Below are positions 54,599-63,984 of a stretch of 64,000 bases of DNA, one piece after another; within the stretch, counting starts at the first letter, position 1, and each line of letters starts with the position of its first letter. Both the position numbers and the translations under genes were made by a program. Origin of the DNA: Escherichia phage IME08; sequence record NC_014260.1, one strand, 5' to 3'. The notes under the pieces were generated by a model. That model had not been told where the DNA came from and searched no databases. It worked only from the letters and a program-made list of their open reading frames with translations.

Positions 54599-55171
54599 TC
54601 AACTCGTTATTTCTATCCAGTGCTTCCTGCACAATGACACGTAAGAATCGTTGCCACCTATAGAAACTTGGGCTCCGTCCTTAATTGCGATACCATCTTG
54701 GATACGAGCCGTCATAGTAGCTTTACGGCCGCAATGGCACACACCTTTATACTCAACGAGTTTATCTGCCGTAGCGAGTAATTCAGCAGAGCCAGGAAAC
54801 AGTTTACCCTGAAAATCAGTTCTTAGTCCATAGCACATAACTGGAACATTATAATTGTCTACTATCTTGGCCAGTTGTTTTATCTGTACAGGTTCTAAGA
54901 ATTGCGCTTCATCCACAAACACACAGTGGATATCTTTTTGAGATTCAGCCCAACGATAGAACTCGTATAGGTCCATATCCGGAGTCACTGCATTAGCCTC
55001 TTGGCTAATCCCTATACGAGATGAAATGCTATGGCTTGATTCTCTATTGTCTATCGCAGGCTTTAAAAGGAGTACGCCCATACCGCGTTCTTTGTAGTTA
55101 TGAGCGGCCGTTAGCAATGAAGCAGTCTTCCCAGAATTCATTGCAGCATAGTGAAAATAAAGTTGAGCCAT
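54599..55171 (-). CDS. tk: thymidine kinase
   Basis: 190 aa; Walker A MNSGKT; C-terminal zinc-binding CHCGRKAT...C..H. Confidence 0.9.
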   Translation of the reverse strand: MAQLYFHYAAMNSGKTASLLTAAHNYKERGMGVLLLKPAIDNRESSHSISSRIGISQEANAVTPDMDLYEFYRWAESQKDIHCVFVDEAQFLEPVQIKQLAKIVDNYNVPVMCYGLRTDFQGKLFPGSAELLATADKLVEYKGVCHCGRKATMTARIQDGIAIKDGAQVSIGGNDSYVSLCRKHWIEITS

Positions 55172-55180
55172 ATTACCTTC

Positions 55181-55387
55181 TTAAAGACTATTTACATAAG
55201 CTATTAATTCATTTTCTTTCTCATCAAATCGATTGGCAAATTCTTCCTGATGTTCGGCATCTATTGGACCGTATTCATCATAAAAGGCGTTTGCTTCCGT
55301 ATGCTCATCCAAAAGCTCATGGATAAGCTCAAATAATTTATCTTTCTGTTCTTTACTCAGACTCATAACCATTGCACCTTTAAGCAA
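55181..55387 (-). CDS. hypothetical acidic protein
   Basis: 68 aa ORF. Confidence 0.4.
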   Translation of the reverse strand: MLKGAMVMSLSKEQKDKLFELIHELLDEHTEANAFYDEYGPIDAEHQEEFANRFDEKENELIAYVNSL

Positions 55388-55575
55388 TATTCTTCTACAT
55401 GCTGTTTACGTTTATTTTTATCTATAAAAGTATATTCAACATATTCACCTATATACCATTTATCGGTGTTGTGTTGACTTTTTATAGGGCATTTAGTTAC
55501 TCGAGTTTCGGTCCAGCGTCGAATAATTTCCGCTTTGTTTTTAGGGTCAAACGGATGTGGGTAATGGGCTTTCAT
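55363..55575 (-). CDS. hypothetical protein
   Basis: 70 aa ORF. Confidence 0.4.
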   Translation of the reverse strand: MKAHYPHPFDPKNKAEIIRRWTETRVTKCPIKSQHNTDKWYIGEYVEYTFIDKNKRKQHVEEYCLKVQWL

Positions 55576-56014
55576 AATCTACCACCACTAAATTGATATC
55601 AGGAGTAAACAAATTAATCAATTGATAAACCTTGTCCCAATCACCACCAGCAATACCACAACCAATGCGAGGAATATAAATTCTTGGTTTAAACAAAAGA
55701 CCTTTTGCGGTACGGTTTAATTCTATCATACAGTTTACTAAAGCACCATAATCAAGATTAGGGCCTGGCTCGTATTGCGTATAAAGATTATAGCAAATTT
55801 GCCCATTATTACCTGTGGCTTGAGTAAATGTGCCAAGTTTTTCTACACCGCCTAAATAAGTGGTTTTATCGATAGCGAGAATAGGCGGATAAGCCTTAGC
55901 CAATTGTCCGGCTACACCTGAACCCATTGTATGGAAACAATTGCACCCGTGTGCAACATTATTACCTTGAAGAAACAGGGCGACGATATCGCCCTTAATA
56001 TAATCAATAATCAT
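55547..56014 (-). CDS. macro-domain protein (ADP-ribose binding/hydrolase fold)
   Basis: 155 aa; GNNVAHGCNCFHTMGSGVAGQLAKAYP and IGCGIAGGDW resemble macrodomain signatures. Confidence 0.65.
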   Translation of the reverse strand: MIIDYIKGDIVALFLQGNNVAHGCNCFHTMGSGVAGQLAKAYPPILAIDKTTYLGGVEKLGTFTQATGNNGQICYNLYTQYEPGPNLDYGALVNCMIELNRTAKGLLFKPRIYIPRIGCGIAGGDWDKVYQLINLFTPDINLVVVDYESPLPTSV

Positions 56015-56367
56015 TTAGAATTTAATCCTCGGTTGTACGAGTCAACGAGTCTGTCTACCATAGACGCGCACATTTCTTTGTACTTTTTATCAGATGGAAC
56101 ACATTCAGTAACGTTTAGACGTTGCTCGTACCTTTTAGAAAGAGTTTTCTCTTTCATTCTGCGATGCTCTACGTCGTTCTGTCCATCTTTAAAAGCCGCT
56201 GTGATTTTTGAACTGAATTCGATAACGCATTCAGTATTACTTGGATGACAATAATCTTTTGCTGTGCGGGTAGCATACTCAACAATTGAATTATTGCTAT
56301 CATCAACTTGTGACGCTAATACTCCCGGAGCTATCAACATAAGCGCTATAGTCATCTGCTTAATCAT
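56011..56367 (-). CDS. secreted/periplasmic protein
   Basis: 118 aa; signal peptide MIKQMTIALMLIAPGVLAS. Confidence 0.5.
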   Translation of the reverse strand: MIKQMTIALMLIAPGVLASQVDDSNNSIVEYATRTAKDYCHPSNTECVIEFSSKITAAFKDGQNDVEHRRMKEKTLSKRYEQRLNVTECVPSDKKYKEMCASMVDRLVDSYNRGLNSK

Positions 56368-56907
56368 TTAGTATACCGCCTCAAACATCTTTTTAGATTT
56401 TAGGTAATTGGCCTTTTCTAGAACTTCAGAAGCATACTTACTGCCTGCTTTGACGTTCCAGCCCGCATTATAAGAAGCAATCGCTTTTCTCAGGTCACCT
56501 TTGTGAACATCAATCCAATAAGACAGCTCAATGTAGGCCCAAGAGGCACTGTTCTGTCGTTTTTGGACCATGCGAATTATTTCTTTGTCTGACATCTTCC
56601 AACCTACCTGTTGAACACGACTTCTTAACGTAGGCAAGTAATTTTGGAACATGCCATAAGCATGGTGCTTATCTTTATTTAAACCCTGATTAATTCCGGC
56701 AGATGATTCCTGCCATAGTAATCCGGCCATGATATATCCTAATCCTTTTTGATTAGGGTTTTCTTTGAACTTTCCCGACTTTTGGTATTGTTCACCGAAA
56801 GCATACGCATAATGTAAATTATCGAGTTGTTCATTACTGAAAGTAGGCTCTACGCTATGGGCAGACATACTAACTGTCAATAGTAAAGTGGCTAATACTT
56901 TTTTCAT
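56368..56907 (-). CDS. periplasmic lytic transglycosylase-like protein (SLT domain)
   Basis: 179 aa; signal peptide; GLLWQESS and AYGMFQ resemble SLT catalytic Glu-Ser and GLMQ motifs. Confidence 0.6.
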   Translation of the reverse strand: MKKVLATLLLTVSMSAHSVEPTFSNEQLDNLHYAYAFGEQYQKSGKFKENPNQKGLGYIMAGLLWQESSAGINQGLNKDKHHAYGMFQNYLPTLRSRVQQVGWKMSDKEIIRMVQKRQNSASWAYIELSYWIDVHKGDLRKAIASYNAGWNVKAGSKYASEVLEKANYLKSKKMFEAVY

Positions 56908-56919
56908 GAGACCTCATTA

Positions 56920-57378
56920 TTAAAGATAGATTACTTTCGTGCTGGTTTTACCTTCTAAACGTTTAGAGTTAACAAATGCCATACGACATTTAAGGGAATA
57001 TCCTTTATCAGGATGTTTACGGTCTACGGTCATACCTAGCCATAAGGTTTTATCGGTAATTTCGAGACGCAATGGACGATACACTTTACCAGGGACAATT
57101 TCGGATTCTACATCAGGCAGAGGTTCCTGGATTAAGAATTCATGGATTTCTTTAACATGGTTATGGAGTTGCTTGAATAAAGCAAAAACGTATTTTTCGT
57201 CGATTTCACGTTGGATAGCACGGTCCAACAAATGATTAGAGTACTTAATAAAGAAGGCTGGGACTCCGCTCTTAACGGCGGCTTTTTTGATGGACGCATT
57301 CAGTTCGCGGAATTCGGTTTCGAACTGACGACGTAATTTGTTGCGGCGGATGAATACTTCTGAATTAATTTCTGACAT
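56920..57378 (-). CDS. regB: RegB endoribonuclease
   Basis: 152 aa; EVFIRRNKLRR...HLLDRAIQREIDE...YRPLRLEITD match recalled T4 RegB. Confidence 0.85.
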   Translation of the reverse strand: MSEINSEVFIRRNKLRRQFETEFRELNASIKKAAVKSGVPAFFIKYSNHLLDRAIQREIDEKYVFALFKQLHNHVKEIHEFLIQEPLPDVESEIVPGKVYRPLRLEITDKTLWLGMTVDRKHPDKGYSLKCRMAFVNSKRLEGKTSTKVIYL

Positions 57379-57394
57379 TTTGTAATCTCCTGTA

Positions 57395-57435
57395 GTTGAT
57401 AGGTTTATAGTATCATGTCTACAGGAGATGTAAAC
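57395..57435 (-). promoter_or_regulatory. sigma70-type early promoter with conserved block (1 mismatch)
   Basis: gttgataggtttatagtatca + 17 nt + gtaaac above regB. Confidence 0.7.
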
Positions 57436-57439
57436 AGCT

Positions 57440-57649
57440 TTATTCTTGGAATGGGGTAAGTTTTCCAGCAGCTGAACAAATTTCTACCAGTACAGGGTAA
57501 AACTCTTTCACTTGTTCAAGGCGTTGGGCTGCATACTGTACTTCGCCTTCTTCGAGACAAGCCATTTGGTCGTCAAGCAAGTATTTGTGGTAGCCTGTAC
57601 AGGCTTCACCGATGATACGCTGGAAATCTTGTAAACTTTCAATTTTCAT
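57440..57649 (-). CDS. hypothetical protein
   Basis: internal Met start at 57649 abutting upstream stop. Confidence 0.4.
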   Translation of the reverse strand: MKIESLQDFQRIIGEACTGYHKYLLDDQMACLEEGEVQYAAQRLEQVKEFYPVLVEICSAAGKLTPFQE

Positions 57650-57927
57650 CAGTATTTTTCCTCGGGTTGGAAAACGGAACGACATGCCCACATGCTTGCT
57701 TCTTTCAAGCGTTCGATTGCCGTACGAATCTGGGCTAGGCGTTCATGGGTGAGGTTGAATTCTTCATCACTCATTTTATCAACACCGGAGCATGTAAAGG
57801 CTTCAACATATTCTTCTTCCAAGGCTTTAAAGATTAACCCTAATCGAACTTCGGCATCTTTAATCGCATTCACTTTACCAATTTTATCGTCGGTATGTGG
57901 CTTATAACCCTTAATATCTTCAATCAT
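57649..57927 (-). CDS. hypothetical protein
   Basis: 92 aa ORF. Confidence 0.4.
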   Translation of the reverse strand: MIEDIKGYKPHTDDKIGKVNAIKDAEVRLGLIFKALEEEYVEAFTCSGVDKMSDEEFNLTHERLAQIRTAIERLKEASMWACRSVFQPEEKY

Positions 57928-58142
57928 TTCACTTCCTCATCAGATGCAATATCGTATTCAACTAAATGAATCCCGTCATATCCGCCACGAACAGAGATAT
58001 ATGTGCTAGGATAAACGGTTTCTTTACCATTCCATTGTCCACCATCCCAACATTCCAAAAAGCCTTGTTCGCCCTGTTCGTGGAACCAGTCAACAAACAT
58101 CTTCAGAGCTTCATCAGAGCCTTCAATTGTCAATTTAGACAT
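57924..58142 (-). CDS. hypothetical acidic protein
   Basis: 72 aa ORF. Confidence 0.4.
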   Translation of the reverse strand: MSKLTIEGSDEALKMFVDWFHEQGEQGFLECWDGGQWNGKETVYPSTYISVRGGYDGIHLVEYDIASDEEVK

Positions 58143-58431
58143 ATTTCTTCCAGTCAGAAATCATATGAATCTCTTGGTCATAAGTTAAGAGACTGCGAGT
58201 AATAATACCCTTACAAGGCCCTGAGATGAACTCGAGGGTGAAGTAAGGAACTTGTTTCATTAATCGGATGCTTGGGGCGTGGCATCTAAAACGAGAGCCC
58301 TTAAAGGGCCCTGTCATGAATACATATTCTAATGGGTAAAAATAAGCATATTCAAAATTCATGGTAAGGTCCTCTCTTCGAACCTTACGTGAGAAATAAC
58401 AGAACTCAAAAAGTTCTTCATCAGTCATCAT
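58135..58431 (-). CDS. hypothetical protein
   Basis: 98 aa ORF. Confidence 0.4.
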   Translation of the reverse strand: MMTDEELFEFCYFSRKVRREDLTMNFEYAYFYPLEYVFMTGPFKGSRFRCHAPSIRLMKQVPYFTLEFISGPCKGIITRSLLTYDQEIHMISDWKKYV

Positions 58432-58973
58432 TGCATTCCTATCACAAAAAACAGAGGACGTGTGGTTTGATTGGTTTCTTCACATGATGCACGGCAGCAA
58501 TGTTGCACCACCTTTATGTGGGCATCATAAATCTTATCCATATCGGGTGTTTTAACAGGCTCATCAATTATATACAGAACCCGTGAAAGTGATAATCCGC
58601 GGAATTTGCATGCAGTATTACCAATAAAACTACGAACAGAATCAATGTACAAACGGTACTTAATACTTTCTGTATGGTTATTAAAATATTCCTTTCGAAT
58701 AGCTGATGCGGAGACATTAGCATAAGCGCTATTTTGCGATAGAACAATAACAGTACCGCCATCAGCTAACCATTCCGTAGCAAAAATGGATACTGCTTTA
58801 GTTTTACCGGATTGGCGCCCACCATCAAGTTTTAAGGTGCAGCATTCTTTAAACAGGGTTTGTGAATCAGGTACATAAAACCCACTATTACAAATGTGTT
58901 CTACTCTAGCATCAGAATGGTTTGCAAAAGCATTCATCAGGGATAGATAACTACCGGTTAAAAACGTTTTCAT
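58428..58973 (-). CDS. putative P-loop protein
   Basis: 181 aa; Walker-A-like GGRQSGKT and possible Walker B YIIDEP. Confidence 0.5.
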   Translation of the reverse strand: MKTFLTGSYLSLMNAFANHSDARVEHICNSGFYVPDSQTLFKECCTLKLDGGRQSGKTKAVSIFATEWLADGGTVIVLSQNSAYANVSASAIRKEYFNNHTESIKYRLYIDSVRSFIGNTACKFRGLSLSRVLYIIDEPVKTPDMDKIYDAHIKVVQHCCRASCEETNQTTRPLFFVIGMQ

Positions 58974-59137
58974 AATTGTCTCTTTTTAAGTGGTGGGGCC
59001 ATTCCTTGGCACATAATTCGTCCATGTATCCGTATGTAAACCCTTTACCGCACTTGGGCTCGACCTTATTACAGGTAGGGAAAGGTCCATCACTCAGAGG
59101 ACGCGACGTTCATGAGGAGAGGGCCGGCTTGCCTTTA

Positions 59138-59437
59138 TTAGAAAGAACCAGAACCTTTAATTGTGTTCTGGCGACCTTTATTTTCTAATTCAGAGTGGTC
59201 GATTTCATATGCTTGTGCTACGCCAAAGGCCTTTTTAACTTTAGCTAAAGAACCTTTAGATGTAACAATATTAAAGGTATTGCCTTTGGTAAAATCAACC
59301 AAATCGACTTGTACACCCTGTTTACCGAGGCTTGCTACAATAGCATCAACATATTCTTGGTCTAAATTGCCTTGAACTCCAATTTGAAATGCTTTAGGAG
59401 CTTTGGCTTCTGTAATAAATTCTTGATAAGTTTTCAT
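59138..59437 (-). CDS. capsid internal protein with N-terminal capsid-targeting sequence
   Basis: 99 aa; begins MKTYQEFITEAK, the conserved targeting peptide of T4 internal proteins. Confidence 0.65.
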   Translation of the reverse strand: MKTYQEFITEAKAPKAFQIGVQGNLDQEYVDAIVASLGKQGVQVDLVDFTKGNTFNIVTSKGSLAKVKKAFGVAQAYEIDHSELENKGRQNTIKGSGSF

Positions 59438-59479
59438 ATTATTCCTTAAGTTGATAGAAGTATTCTATCACGGATTTAA

Positions 59480-59896
59480 TTAAGCGTAAATAGCCTTGCC
59501 ATAATGTTTGTACCAGGTAGGACGCTGTGCAATTTTTTCGTCCAAACGGGCCTGAGATATAGCAATAGAAGCTTCGTGGGGAACATAATCGCCACGGAAT
59601 TCCTGAGGAATATCACTAATGTCCTGGACTGTAGTATCCTTGATATTAAAGCCACGTTTTAAACATTCGGCTATAAGCTCGATTTGACGCTTACGTAAAA
59701 ATTCAAGCTTATCATAAAAGAAAGTAACATGGCCTGTACCAAGGATAAAAGTAGAGCTAATTTTAAAATCACGAACACGTTTACCATTAGCAACATGCTT
59801 ACGAACTGCACCGAAAACACGTGGTAATTCGCGATATTCAGCCATTAAGTGTTGGTCGGCCAATTCAGATACTAAGGTAAGGTTAATACGAGTCAT
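59480..59896 (-). CDS. denV: endonuclease V (pyrimidine dimer DNA glycosylase)
   Basis: start at [31 protein letters not shown]...; essentially identical to recalled T4 DenV. Confidence 0.95.
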   Translation of the reverse strand: MTRINLTLVSELADQHLMAEYRELPRVFGAVRKHVANGKRVRDFKISSTFILGTGHVTFFYDKLEFLRKRQIELIAECLKRGFNIKDTTVQDISDIPQEFRGDYVPHEASIAISQARLDEKIAQRPTWYKHYGKAIYA

Positions 59897-59956
59897 TTTA
59901 GTGTTCTCCATGTTTGTGTGAGAACACTATATCACAGCTATTGTAAAAGTAAACTG

Positions 59957-60259
59957 TTATTTACCTTTAATTGCTTTAGCTGCTTCGGTAGCCGCTTGCT
60001 GAAGGTCATCCATAGACATACCAAACTTAGAAGCAAAGTTATCAATTTTCTTTTCGACAGAATTCAAAGGCTTGGCCTGTTTACCTTCATTAGCGCCCGG
60101 GAGAGCGAGAATACGCTCTTTGTCAATATAAAGGCTTACAAGTTTCTTACGGTCTTTATCTGGCAAATCATGAAATGAATGGGCCTTTTTATTTACAGCG
60201 GCTTCTAATTTACCTGCGGTTACGCGGGCTTCAGTGATAAATTCATTATAAGTTTTCAT
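59957..60259 (-). CDS. capsid internal protein with capsid-targeting sequence
   Basis: 100 aa; begins [12 protein letters not shown]. Confidence 0.65.
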   Translation of the reverse strand: MKTYNEFITEARVTAGKLEAAVNKKAHSFHDLPDKDRKKLVSLYIDKERILALPGANEGKQAKPLNSVEKKIDNFASKFGMSMDDLQQAATEAAKAIKGK

Positions 60260-60740
60260 ATGCTTTCCAAGTACCTGTTTTAAATGTTGAAATCACGCGC
60301 TTAGCACGATTAGGAGTTTGTTTATACCAACGGGATTGAGCCAGGTTAACTGCCGCATCGTCCCAACGTTTCTGTTGGAGCATACGTAAAGAGTTAGTGA
60401 ACCCAGCTACACCTGCTTCACCCATCTGGAAGACCATGTTAATTAAAGCACAACGACGAACTTCGTCCAGTACATCATAAACAGGTTTCAATTTAGGATT
60501 ACGCAGAATAGCTCTACGAGCATTTTCAACCGATCGGTTAAAGAGTTGTTCAGCTTCAGCCATAGTAATACGACCGTTGCAAACCCGGCCCATAAGCTTA
60601 TCAAGTTCGGCACGAGCAACATCTTTTGAAGGGTTTTTGGTAATCAACTGGCCAATCCCAATAGTCCAATAACCTTCGGTGTCTTTATAAAGATTTAAAT
60701 CAAGACCTTCGTCTTGACGTAACATATCAAAAATATCCAT
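60246..60740 (-). CDS. e: lysozyme (endolysin)
   Basis: 164 aa; [32 protein letters not shown]... near-identical to T4 lysozyme including catalytic E11/D20/T26 context. Confidence 0.95.
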   Translation of the reverse strand: MDIFDMLRQDEGLDLNLYKDTEGYWTIGIGQLITKNPSKDVARAELDKLMGRVCNGRITMAEAEQLFNRSVENARRAILRNPKLKPVYDVLDEVRRCALINMVFQMGEAGVAGFTNSLRMLQQKRWDDAAVNLAQSRWYKQTPNRAKRVISTFKTGTWKAYENL

Positions 60741-60770
60741 AATACCTCCTGAGTATAGGAGGTATTTATA

Positions 60771-61220
60771 TCAAAAGAGCGAATCTAAAACCTTAAACAT
60801 CGACTTACCCATGACATATTCCCATTGTGGACGTTTAATCAAGGCAAACGCATCGAATTCAGGAATCGTGCGACCGTCAGGGAACGTATGGTAAGCCGTA
60901 CATTTGCAATTCTTGAACTGCTCGTGTTCCACAGGCACCGTATATAAGAACAGATGTAGATTCTTATTGCTTGAATATTTGAACTCACCTAGGTCTTTCA
61001 GGAACGCAGGATCGTATGCTGTGAATCCAATCTCTTCTTCGGTTTCACGCATTGCCGCTTGAATAGGCTCTTCGCCTGGTTCGACATGACCTTTAGGAAT
61101 GTCCCATTTATGACGCATATTCTCTGGATTACGAGAGCCTGTTACACGCCCCATGACCAGTTCTTTATCAACAGTCATGAACAAAATACCTGCCGATAAT
61201 TCCTTAGCTTTCTTACTCAT
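60771..61220 (-). CDS. nudE: Nudix hydrolase
   Basis: Nudix box GHVEPGEEPIQAAMRETEEEIGF; start placed at MSKKAKELSAG. Confidence 0.75.
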   Translation of the reverse strand: MSKKAKELSAGILFMTVDKELVMGRVTGSRNPENMRHKWDIPKGHVEPGEEPIQAAMRETEEEIGFTAYDPAFLKDLGEFKYSSNKNLHLFLYTVPVEHEQFKNCKCTAYHTFPDGRTIPEFDAFALIKRPQWEYVMGKSMFKVLDSLF

Positions 61221-61449
61221 TGTCTCGGTCCCATGATTGTTTAAAGATATCTCGTATAATAATTTCAACACACGTTTCTGTTGACGGACTTTCACTATCA
61301 GATATTTGGACCATATAATCAGAAATAGGTCGGAACATATCCAAGTCGCTTTCTAAATCTTCTTTGATTTTTTCTTCTGACGTTCCGGTATCATAGGAAT
61401 ACAGATAAGAATCACATGACTCAGATTTAATATAAATTGCAATACTCAT
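61213..61449 (-). CDS. hypothetical acidic protein
   Basis: 78 aa ORF. Confidence 0.4.
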   Translation of the reverse strand: MSIAIYIKSESCDSYLYSYDTGTSEEKIKEDLESDLDMFRPISDYMVQISDSESPSTETCVEIIIRDIFKQSWDRDNE

Positions 61450-62033
61450 TTACGGCATTCCTCAATAAAAGAGTTTAATGTATTTTTCTTGGAGATATCA
61501 TCATATACCTTTTTAACTTTAGAAATACGAAAAGGTACTTCGATAACCGAGGTCCATAAAAATGACGCAATAAGACCCGAGATAGCCGCAGACATCGCTG
61601 AAGCGAATACACAAATAGGCAGGTCATTATCTGTTGTCAGGAAAAACCAAAGGAGTGGAAAAAATAATATTCCCATCCAAACATAGAACCTAGAACTCAC
61701 TAATTTGTCATATTCGTCACTCCATGCGCGAAAGCCGTATTTTTTACTATAACAAATCAACGGGTCCGGAGTCTGCTCTTTATGTGGTTCAGGTTGCCAA
61801 CCGTTTACGATATAACCCATTTTATATTCCTCAATTAAAAGCTGTTTCATTTCAGCAGTACAACCTGACCAATCTATTGTACTGGCTGAAATTCCTTCAT
61901 CACCGTCATCGAGATTTCGCCAGGACTTTTTAATAATCATATTCTCACCGCTTGGGATAATAATTCCGGCATTTTCCGACCGACGGATGAAGTTTACATC
62001 AATGCCCATACACCCGGGTTCATAAAGGGCCAT
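61446..62033 (-). CDS. membrane protein
   Basis: 195 aa; C-terminal hydrophobic helices. Confidence 0.5.
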   Translation of the reverse strand: MALYEPGCMGIDVNFIRRSENAGIIIPSGENMIIKKSWRNLDDGDEGISASTIDWSGCTAEMKQLLIEEYKMGYIVNGWQPEPHKEQTPDPLICYSKKYGFRAWSDEYDKLVSSRFYVWMGILFFPLLWFFLTTDNDLPICVFASAMSAAISGLIASFLWTSVIEVPFRISKVKKVYDDISKKNTLNSFIEECRK

Positions 62034-62719
62034 TACCAGCCCTCCATAGGGAATTCCAGATAAACTTGAGCATTAACACGGATTTCATTAGTAATCTTTT
62101 TAACACGGTCGGTATTACGAGAGACACGACCAAACCAGCGCCAACCGTTACTTACTGCACGAGAACCTGTATGCCATGTCTGCCAATCAAATTGGAGCAA
62201 CGTGCGGTCAGGAGCATCCCACTTGGTTAATTCATTGGACTCAATTTTTTCCAGAACTTCTTTATGCCACTGGCGATAGATAAGTTCGCCTTCAGGAATC
62301 TGGCTAAATTGCGCAGTTCCGGTTGCAAAATGGGTAGGACACACATCAGCGTTAACAAGACCAAGAATATGTTCAGAATGGTAACGAGGATTATCATAAT
62401 CAGGCTGCCCTGCGGTAATAAAGTGTTGGCCAACCGGAATATCCGGACGTGGTACATCATCATGGTGATAACCTGGGATAGCAGGGTACCAGCCAGGCAT
62501 CAGCATATGAACACGAGAATCAAATACAACCCGGTCAGTGTTCCAATCATCCGGTAGGTTCATGATGAAGCTGCGAGTAATAGGGCCACCATTATCAAAA
62601 GCGAAGGCCAACGAGCTGTTGAAGAACATAGGTTCGTTTTTGATTTTATCATTAGAAATTTTACCAGCGAAACCACCTACTGCACGAGCTTTAGAATTAA
62701 AAGTTTTTGGACCGTTCAT
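62033..62719 (-). CDS. hypothetical protein
   Basis: 228 aa ORF, His/Trp-rich. Confidence 0.55.
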   Translation of the reverse strand: MNGPKTFNSKARAVGGFAGKISNDKIKNEPMFFNSSLAFAFDNGGPITRSFIMNLPDDWNTDRVVFDSRVHMLMPGWYPAIPGYHHDDVPRPDIPVGQHFITAGQPDYDNPRYHSEHILGLVNADVCPTHFATGTAQFSQIPEGELIYRQWHKEVLEKIESNELTKWDAPDRTLLQFDWQTWHTGSRAVSNGWRWFGRVSRNTDRVKKITNEIRVNAQVYLEFPMEGW

Positions 62720-62733
62720 AATATTTTCCTCAC

Positions 62734-62946
62734 TTACTTTTTGTTGAAAAAGTACATTTTACCTTTAGGGGATAAGGATACACGAAGTGCGTTACCGATA
62801 CCAACTGAACATTTAACCAGGTCAGCAGATTTCAATTCACCGAATGCTTGACGAAGGTCACCGTCACGAGTGTTAACCATCAGGCATTTAGCACCAGCTG
62901 CACGAACTTCGTTTAACATGTTGATTGCTTGGTTAGAAAGTTTCAT
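62734..62946 (-). CDS. hypothetical protein
   Basis: start at ATG 62946 with GGAGA SD, below the promoter; the track's longer form would contain the promoter. Confidence 0.45.
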   Translation of the reverse strand: MKLSNQAINMLNEVRAAGAKCLMVNTRDGDLRQAFGELKSADLVKCSVGIGNALRVSLSPKGKMYFFNKK

Positions 62947-62971
62947 TTTATTCTCCATTTCACTCTGTTGT

Positions 62972-63012
62972 TTTGATAGGTCTATAGTATCATGCCTATA
63001 GACCTTGTAAAC
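62972..63012 (-). promoter_or_regulatory. sigma70-type early promoter with conserved block
   Basis: tttgataggtctatagtatca + 17 nt + gtaaac. Confidence 0.65.
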
Positions 63013-63024
63013 AATTTTATGCAA

Positions 63025-63984
63025 TTATTTTTCGAAAGGACGAATTAAATGATGGTTATCTTGGAATCGTTTGATGTAGTCGTTTTCACCTAAAGTCTTG
63101 TACATATTAACCACAGCTTGGTAGTTTTCCCAGGCGTACTCACGGAACCAACCTGAAGTGATTGAGGTACACACTTTCTCAAGAGCCATATAGAAACTTA
63201 ATGATGGTGAAATATTGAAGTCATTAGGAACCTGTGAACGTTCTAGTGCCAGGACACAAGTTTCTTCATATACACCAGCCAGTTTAATAGCTTCAGGCAA
63301 AGCCTCGAACTTCTCACGAGAGGTCATGACTTCAGAACCTTCCTTCATATAAAAGGTATATGCCGGGCGCCCTGCCAATGCCACGGCTTCATGGATAGAG
63401 TCGTGGTCTAGCGTATAAATGGTATCGTTAAAGAACGATGATTTGTTTACATCCAATTTAGGGTGGGAATAGCTCAACGTTTCTTTTTGACGCTGCAGCA
63501 TAATTTCCTGGAGTTCTTCATTCAGGGTGATACCTTTATTACGAAGGTATTTGATGTGGGACATAGTTTTCAAGAAGAAAGGATTATTCTTCAGGAAACG
63601 ATGAGAGGTTTTGATAGCCAGACAGATATCAGGCGTAGCCCAATAGAAACCTGTAAGACGGTCCTTTTTAATACGATTTTCAGCATATTTCAGGAGACGA
63701 TAACTTGAGGTGAAATCTTCGTCTTGGAGCTCACCAGTGATTTCACGTACGTTAGTCAGAGCACGGACGATATAAGCTTCGAAATAGGTTTCTTTACCAT
63801 TATGCATACATTTGAAAGCCTGAACATCAGGATTGTCAACGTGTACATGGGCGCCGAACATCCGAGCTTTAAAGTGGTTCCATGAGCCTTGGTCGGCAAT
63901 GAAATCCCAATCAGAATTTTCGATATACTTATTTTCAATCAGACCAGCGTGGTGCAGTGCGCGAGAACCAATAACTAGCATCAT
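63025..63984 (-). CDS. hypothetical protein
   Basis: 319 aa ORF reaching the window end region. Confidence 0.55.
   Translation of the reverse strand: MMLVIGSRALHHAGLIENKYIENSDWDFIADQGSWNHFKARMFGAHVHVDNPDVQAFKCMHNGKETYFEAYIVRALTNVREITGELQDEDFTSSYRLLKYAENRIKKDRLTGFYWATPDICLAIKTSHRFLKNNPFFLKTMSHIKYLRNKGITLNEELQEIMLQRQKETLSYSHPKLDVNKSSFFNDTIYTLDHDSIHEAVALAGRPAYTFYMKEGSEVMTSREKFEALPEAIKLAGVYEETCVLALERSQVPNDFNISPSLSFYMALEKVCTSITSGWFREYAWENYQAVVNMYKTLGENDYIKRFQDNHHLIRPFEK

Noticed and set aside
58974-59137. Possible tRNA gene in the GC-rich island
   Set aside because: I could not fold a cloverleaf or find a GGTTCGAATCC-type T-loop or a CCA-compatible acceptor stem by eye; left as an unassigned non-coding region.
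59450-59490. Promoter-like GTTGATAG element upstream of the internal-protein gene 59138-59437
   Set aside because: The -35 region is a poor match (GTAAAT overlapping the denV stop) and no clear -10 is present; too weak to annotate.
6016-63012. Recurring 21-mer GTTGATAGGTCTATAGTATCA as a possible CRISPR array or transposon terminal repeat
   Set aside because: Copies are kilobases apart, each just upstream of a gene start with -35/-10 hexamers at fixed spacing; no short regular spacers and no flanking direct repeats. They are interpreted as promoters.
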